A DNA stretch of 26,662 bases from IMG/VR virus record IMGVR_UViG_3300020045_011710, positions 1 to 26,662 of that record. One strand, given 5' to 3'. Both the position numbers and the translations under genes were made by a program. This document shows positions 22,449 to 26,662 of this stretch, piece after piece. Each line of letters begins with the position of its first letter. Positions within the stretch are counted from its first letter, which is position 1. Source of the stretch: a virus (taxonomy: Duplodnaviria > Caudoviricetes). A model generated the notes under the pieces. The model did not search any database and was not told the origin of the DNA. It saw nothing but the letters and a program-made list of their open reading frames with translations.

Positions 22449-23564
22449 TTAACCTACGTTTGTACCTGTTACTGTTGCTGTAATGTCTTCGATGTTTGCG
22501 AATTCTGTTTCGGCAATAACCAAATCAGCGGATGGCGCAACTACATTGGCTTTATATACGCCGTCAATCATACACACGGCTTTGATTTGATCTATAATTA
22601 TGTCCTGGCCTAATAACTTGCGTCGACCATCGCGAAATGCTTCAAGGTTCGCCTGTACTACTGGAAGCACGTCAGCTTGAACGGCCCAATCGTACAGGAT
22701 TAAATTAACTGTAATGTTCGTATCGATAGCTGTAGGTGACAAAACCTCAACAGTATCTGATAATGGGCGTATTTTATCGGCGCTAAGAATCGCTTCTACA
22801 GCGTCCAGAATTTCTGAAGGCGTTGTGGCCAGTCCAGCCACTAAAGGATAAACGCGAACAGTTCCAGGTACTTCTGGCTGTTCAGGAACGGCAACATCGA
22901 TAATAAGCGGCGATGCTGAAGCAGCCCAGAATTTATAGGCTTTTATCGGTCCGGCATTTGAAAACCTATTAGGCGCTATGCGTATACGTTCGCGAAGCTG
23001 GTCGTCTGTTTCTTCATCGCTTCCGCCTTCGGAAACGGTAGTATTTGATGCACTTGACAAATATGGTTGCGGATCGAGTATAACAGTAATCGTGTCAACT
23101 TCGTAATCGTTGCTGGATTTTCCAGAAGCCAAAGCGGCAACTGTTACAGAAACGCTATTTACGGCAGCCAGAACTGAATAATCCTGAATAAGCGCAAATA
23201 CGGCACGGCCATCAACAGTTTGGAAACGTGTTCCTGAAGGAATGACGATATCGCCATGACCAGGAACCAGCGTAAGTAAAAGTGTGCTAAATGCTGACTG
23301 CGCTGGCAATCTTACCACGCCCAGAAATTCGCCCAGGTAATCTATAACTGGAAAACGAGCAAACGCCAGAAGGTTCTGTTTTGCTGCGTCCTGCGCTTGA
23401 TTTCTTACCAGTATTTCGCGATAATTGAAACTGTTCAAAACAAGCTGTTCAACCTGTGCAGGCTCGAGTGTTTTTCCTGTCGCAGTTTCGTAATACGCTT
23501 TAGTTTCTGCGATTATCGTTTCTGCGTCGCGGTTTATAAATTCTGGTTCTGGTAGTGTGGCCAT
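22449..23564 (-). CDS. Baseplate J/gp47 family protein
   Basis: QNLLAFA…LGV.RL, GG.D.ETDDQLRERI, AGP..AY..WA, PGTV.VY, IRPL.D.V.V. Confidence 0.92.
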   Translation of the reverse strand: MATLPEPEFINRDAETIIAETKAYYETATGKTLEPAQVEQLVLNSFNYREILVRNQAQDAAKQNLLAFARFPVIDYLGEFLGVVRLPAQSAFSTLLLTLVPGHGDIVIPSGTRFQTVDGRAVFALIQDYSVLAAVNSVSVTVAALASGKSSNDYEVDTITVILDPQPYLSSASNTTVSEGGSDEETDDQLRERIRIAPNRFSNAGPIKAYKFWAASASPLIIDVAVPEQPEVPGTVRVYPLVAGLATTPSEILDAVEAILSADKIRPLSDTVEVLSPTAIDTNITVNLILYDWAVQADVLPVVQANLEAFRDGRRKLLGQDIIIDQIKAVCMIDGVYKANVVAPSADLVIAETEFANIEDITATVTGTNVG

Positions 23565-23569
23565 TATTT

Positions 23570-23800
23570 TTATTTTTGGTCCAGTATGGTTCTTATGGTG
23601 TCACGCTCCTGCTGGATTCTAATTTTATATTTTAGTATTTCCGCCTGTGCTTTGTTGTAAGCATTGTTTTCATGTACGGGTATAATGTACATTGTCGGGC
23701 GTATTTTAGGCACCATAACGATGCTGTTTTTTTCTTCAGTACGATTCGCACTGGTAAGAGTGAAAAACATTAATGCGATGAAAAATAATTTTAAGTGCAT
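23570..23800 (-). CDS. Small exported protein
   Basis: MHLKLFFIALMFFTLTSA signal-like N-terminus; ATG 23800 follows the upstream stop. Confidence 0.6.
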   Translation of the reverse strand: MHLKLFFIALMFFTLTSANRTEEKNSIVMVPKIRPTMYIIPVHENNAYNKAQAEILKYKIRIQQERDTIRTILDQK

Positions 23801-23802
23801 AG

Positions 23803-24135
23803 CTATTGTATTACGTTTTTCTGTTTTGCTTCGGTCTTCATGTTTACATATTCTAACCACAAAGACTTATATTCTTGAGCTTGCATCTGCGCTGATTTGG
23901 TAGCGTTGTCTGCGGTTATTTTTTGCTGTTGTTGACATGCATAAATAGTACTGTCGCGGATATGTATTTCCACTGTGTAGGTGGAATCTTTGATTTTGCT
24001 GTCAATTTTATCCTGTTTAATTTGGTCTGTAAGGTTATTTCTGTCTTTCAACAATATACCTACAGCAATAAGAAGCACCATGCAAAGGGCTACTTTAGAT
24101 TTTACAAATTTTTCGGCATTTACGACGTTTATCAT
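23803..24135 (-). CDS. Single-TM coiled-coil protein (holin/spanin-like)
   Basis: VALCMVLLIAVGILL followed by a Gln/Lys-rich helical region; TATTTTTG box at 24140-24147. Confidence 0.65.
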   Translation of the reverse strand: MINVVNAEKFVKSKVALCMVLLIAVGILLKDRNNLTDQIKQDKIDSKIKDSTYTVEIHIRDSTIYACQQQQKITADNATKSAQMQAQEYKSLWLEYVNMKTEAKQKNVIQ

Positions 24136-24151
24136 GTACCAAAAATATAAA

Positions 24152-24183
24152 ATTCGGGCGGATAAATTGTTACGCGCCCGAAT
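24152..24183 (-). terminator. Probable intrinsic terminator
   Basis: ATTCGGGCG…CGCCCGAAT followed by a T-rich tract on the - strand. Confidence 0.6.
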
Positions 24184-24190
24184 AATAATG

Positions 24191-24562
24191 TTACTGTTTT
24201 ATACCGTCGGCTTTATTGGTTTTTTTGTCGACGATTTTACGCAGGGTATTTTTGGTTTTATTACCATATTTACCTAGAAGCGCCTTGGTAGTATTCCAAA
24301 GTGCTGCGCCCGTCAAAAAAGCAGGTAAAAAACTGCCTACGTTTGCTGTTGGAAGAATATCGGCAAAACCAGCGCCTAACATTCCAGAAACATAAAGACC
24401 CAAAGCCACCAAAACAGCAACGATATTGCCTGTGATAAATTCGCCTAAGCTAATTGATTCGTTCGCGACTTCGTAGTCTGTTTTTTGAGAAACAAAACTT
24501 CTGTAAATTTCGGCTGCAAGTCCTAAGAATACAGCAATCCAAATAATAATAGGAAATGACAT
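24191..24562 (-). CDS. Three-TM membrane protein with basic C-terminus (class I holin candidate)
   Basis: Three hydrophobic segments and a Lys-rich tail; likely start ATG 24562. Confidence 0.65.
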   Translation of the reverse strand: MSFPIIIWIAVFLGLAAEIYRSFVSQKTDYEVANESISLGEFITGNIVAVLVALGLYVSGMLGAGFADILPTANVGSFLPAFLTGAALWNTTKALLGKYGNKTKNTLRKIVDKKTNKADGIKQ

Positions 24563-24581
24563 ATATAAAAAATTTAAAAGG

Positions 24582-24953
24582 TTACTTAGTTCTGTTTTTA
24601 TACCAAACCCGTATTTCATTGATTACAGCGTAAATGCTGAAGGCAATCATCGGAATGGTTACATATAGCGGAATGGTTACATAAACGCATAAAATACCAG
24701 CTAGAGTAGCAGAAGCGCACATGTTTACGACGTCTTTTTTGCTTGCTGGTCGGTCCATTATTAACTCTTCGATAATGAACTCCCAAACAAATGATGCAAA
24801 CGCGCCAATAAAAAAACCCTGAACGGCTTTCATAACGATTAATTCAGCTTTGATGTTAAAATCTAATCTAACAAATCGAAACCAAAAAAATACCGCTGTA
24901 ATTACGATAAACGAGTGTAGGAAATCGAAATAGAGTTCTTTTTTGTTTGTCAT
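24582..24953 (-). CDS. Multi-pass membrane protein
   Basis: About four hydrophobic segments; D.LH…WE…D pattern. Confidence 0.7.
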   Translation of the reverse strand: MTNKKELYFDFLHSFIVITAVFFWFRFVRLDFNIKAELIVMKAVQGFFIGAFASFVWEFIIEELIMDRPASKKDVVNMCASATLAGILCVYVTIPLYVTIPMIAFSIYAVINEIRVWYKNRTK

Positions 24954-24955
24954 GG

Positions 24956-25375
24956 CTATTGAACGTGTGAAATGATTATATATCTAAATTCATAACTTGT
25001 ATTGTCATTCCATAAATCTTTTGCATATATGTCAAACCCCGTAGAATCAATGCCCGCTGAATCAACAAAAAAGAATTTATTATCTGAAGAACGGATAAAA
25101 ACATTTGCTTCATCAGTTCCTAATCCGTTACCGCTTGGAAAATTAATTCTGCAAGCTGTGTGTCCAGAACTGCCAACGCCTGTATTAATCATAATTCTAC
25201 CCGAAAGTAAATTTCCGTAAATTTCAACCGTTCCACCCGTCCCAAGCGCAGAATTTGGCGTTGCTGTCATTGTTAGATTTGCACCGCTGTTTAATTTATC
25301 TAAGGTCAAATCGTTGCTTTGCGCATTTGAAAAGTTGAAAGCTACTAAAGCGAGTAATAAAATAAGTTTTTTCAT
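24956..25375 (-). CDS. Secreted beta-rich protein resembling a fibre-tip domain
   Basis: MKKLILLLALVAFNFSNA-Q signal peptide; G.I.I.TG…I.FP…TGF.I…Y.F.YII. Confidence 0.75.
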   Translation of the reverse strand: MKKLILLLALVAFNFSNAQSNDLTLDKLNSGANLTMTATPNSALGTGGTVEIYGNLLSGRIMINTGVGSSGHTACRINFPSGNGLGTDEANVFIRSSDNKFFFVDSAGIDSTGFDIYAKDLWNDNTSYEFRYIIISHVQ

Positions 25376-25407
25376 TTTTGTTTTTTGTTAATTGGTTATA
25401 CGAATTT

Positions 25408-26662
25408 TTATAATTGAATTATGATTTGTCCAGAACAACGTTTTGTTCCAGAAGCGGTAAAGGCGGTGTTTTGTCCGTCCCTTTGAACTGTAATAACATT
25501 GCTTCCAGATGCTGTGCTAATGCGACCAGCATTACTTGAAGCAGAACCGCTATTGATTATATAGGCTGAAAGTACGAATGTTGCAGAACTAGCATTTGAT
25601 GGTATCGTAAATGAAATTGTCGTTGCGTTACTTGTGCCTTCAATATTGAAATCCACAATCATAGCGCCGTCTATGATTTTATAAGATATTTTTTTTGTAG
25701 TAAACGAACTCCAACCAACAACCGTAGAAGTTGCTGAATAATCAACCCAAGTTGTTTTCTGAACATATTTAGTTTCATTTTCAATATCTGTTTTTACAGG
25801 GTTTCCAGAAATTAATAATTGTCCTAGAACTGCATTAAAAATAAGACTGCCATTAGCATAGTAATAAGCATCGTCTGTTTCACTATATGTAGCTATTTGT
25901 CTATCGCCAGAAACATCATAAAGACCAGCCTCTGTATCAACTATATTTTGACTTAATTTAGTACGCCCATTATTTGCGATTATGCTTCCTAAAGCTAATA
26001 AATCATTATGCTCTATTACACCATCGGTTATCGTAGTTCCGCCGCCAGAAGCGTTAATTGGCGTAGTCCCCTCTGGCACAAATAATTTATCATCAGTTCC
26101 ACGCACCAAAACATTGTTGGCATCGGAACTAATTAAATCCGATTGAAATACAAATATTTCGGGTTCTTCATCAATAATAACCTTATTTGGAAATTGTGCG
26201 ATATAAGATTCTGAAATACTATCTGTGTGTATTTCTACGCCTAAACCTTCTTCCTGCGTAAATATACCTACGCCAGCTTCGCTTAATGCAACACCGGCTG
26301 TTGTACTTATATTTTGAACAAGAAACGCAGCGGGTTCTATTAACGTTTGATTAAACGTGTTATTCAATTCAATGCTTTGGTCGGAAGTATTTCCGGCATT
26401 TAAAACATCGTCAAGCGGGTATACTGGATTATAATTAATATCCATCCATGTACTGCCGTTATAATACATAAATGCACCTACAGAAGTATTAAAAATAAAA
26501 CCGCCAGTTTTCAACGCTGCGCCCGTAATCGCATTCATTTCTGAAGTGGTCATTTTTGGCGGAACAACAGGACCAGTTGTCGATAAAATATCTAAACTGG
26601 TATTTGGGTAAATTTGGATTTTACTGGTTTTAATCCCACTAGAAAACGGCGTTTGAGCCTGA
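25408..26662 (-). CDS. Tail-fibre-like / Bacteroidota exported protein, 5'-truncated by the window edge
   Basis: Frame is open from 26661 (QAQTPFSSG…LDILSTTGPVVPPKMTTSEMNAI…FNT…YYNGSTW); beta-rich Ser/Thr/Gly C-terminal domain. Confidence 0.75.
   Translation of the reverse strand, partial: QAQTPFSSGIKTSKIQIYPNTSLDILSTTGPVVPPKMTTSEMNAITGAALKTGGFIFNTSVGAFMYYNGSTWMDINYNPVYPLDDVLNAGNTSDQSIELNNTFNQTLIEPAAFLVQNISTTAGVALSEAGVGIFTQEEGLGVEIHTDSISESYIAQFPNKVIIDEEPEIFVFQSDLISSDANNVLVRGTDDKLFVPEGTTPINASGGGTTITDGVIEHNDLLALGSIIANNGRTKLSQNIVDTEAGLYDVSGDRQIATYSETDDAYYYANGSLIFNAVLGQLLISGNPVKTDIENETKYVQKTTWVDYSATSTVVGWSSFTTKKISYKIIDGAMIVDFNIEGTSNATTISFTIPSNASSATFVLSAYIINSGSASSNAGRISTASGSNVITVQRDGQNTAFTASGTKRCSGQIIIQL

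Noticed and set aside
1-26662. Stop-codon reassignment as in some Bacteroidota phages
   Set aside because: Genes are intact under the standard code, and TAG, TGA and TAA all end well-defined genes, followed closely by the next start.
22449-26662. Contractile tail genes as a tailocin or eCIS rather than a phage
   Set aside because: They are contiguous with phage replication, recombination and methylation modules, so a myovirus genome is the simpler reading.
1-26662. tRNA, rRNA, integrase or transposase genes
   Set aside because: None recognised by eye; temperate versus lytic lifestyle cannot be decided from this window.

Overview
The window is part of a tailed dsDNA phage or prophage, probably of a Bacteroidota (Flavobacterium-like) host. 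This is inferred from TAnnTTTG promoter boxes, a DUF3127-type SSB and signal peptides cleaved before Gln. Layout: small accessory and regulatory genes (1-6.9 kb). A leftward replication/modification operon follows (Cro-like HTH, SF2 helicase, His-Me/HNH nuclease, VRR-NUC nuclease, MT-A70-type adenine methyltransferase, primase-helicase, C5-cytosine methyltransferase-like gene). A divergent rightward recombination operon contains an LRR-like repeat protein, a degenerate Exo VIII/DUF3799 nuclease, a PIF1-like helicase, SSB, a RecT-like annealase and an Acb2/Tad1-like protein. A leftward contractile-tail/lysis module has baseplate J, P2 gpI-like, fibre proteins, membrane proteins and a GH73 endolysin. 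The most striking signal is that both DNA methyltransferase genes carry an in-frame G9 homopolymer near their 5' ends, while I saw no other G/C run longer than 4 nt. This suggests phase-variable ON/OFF switching of the phage's own methylation. Also notable: an integron-cassette/attC-like insertion bracketed by a 29-bp duplication of the primase start, an apparently catalytically dead exonuclease, a stand-alone 43-aa secreted peptide gene missed by the ORF track, and shared acidic-Phe C-terminal tails on six proteins. All family assignments come from motif recognition by eye; no searches were run.
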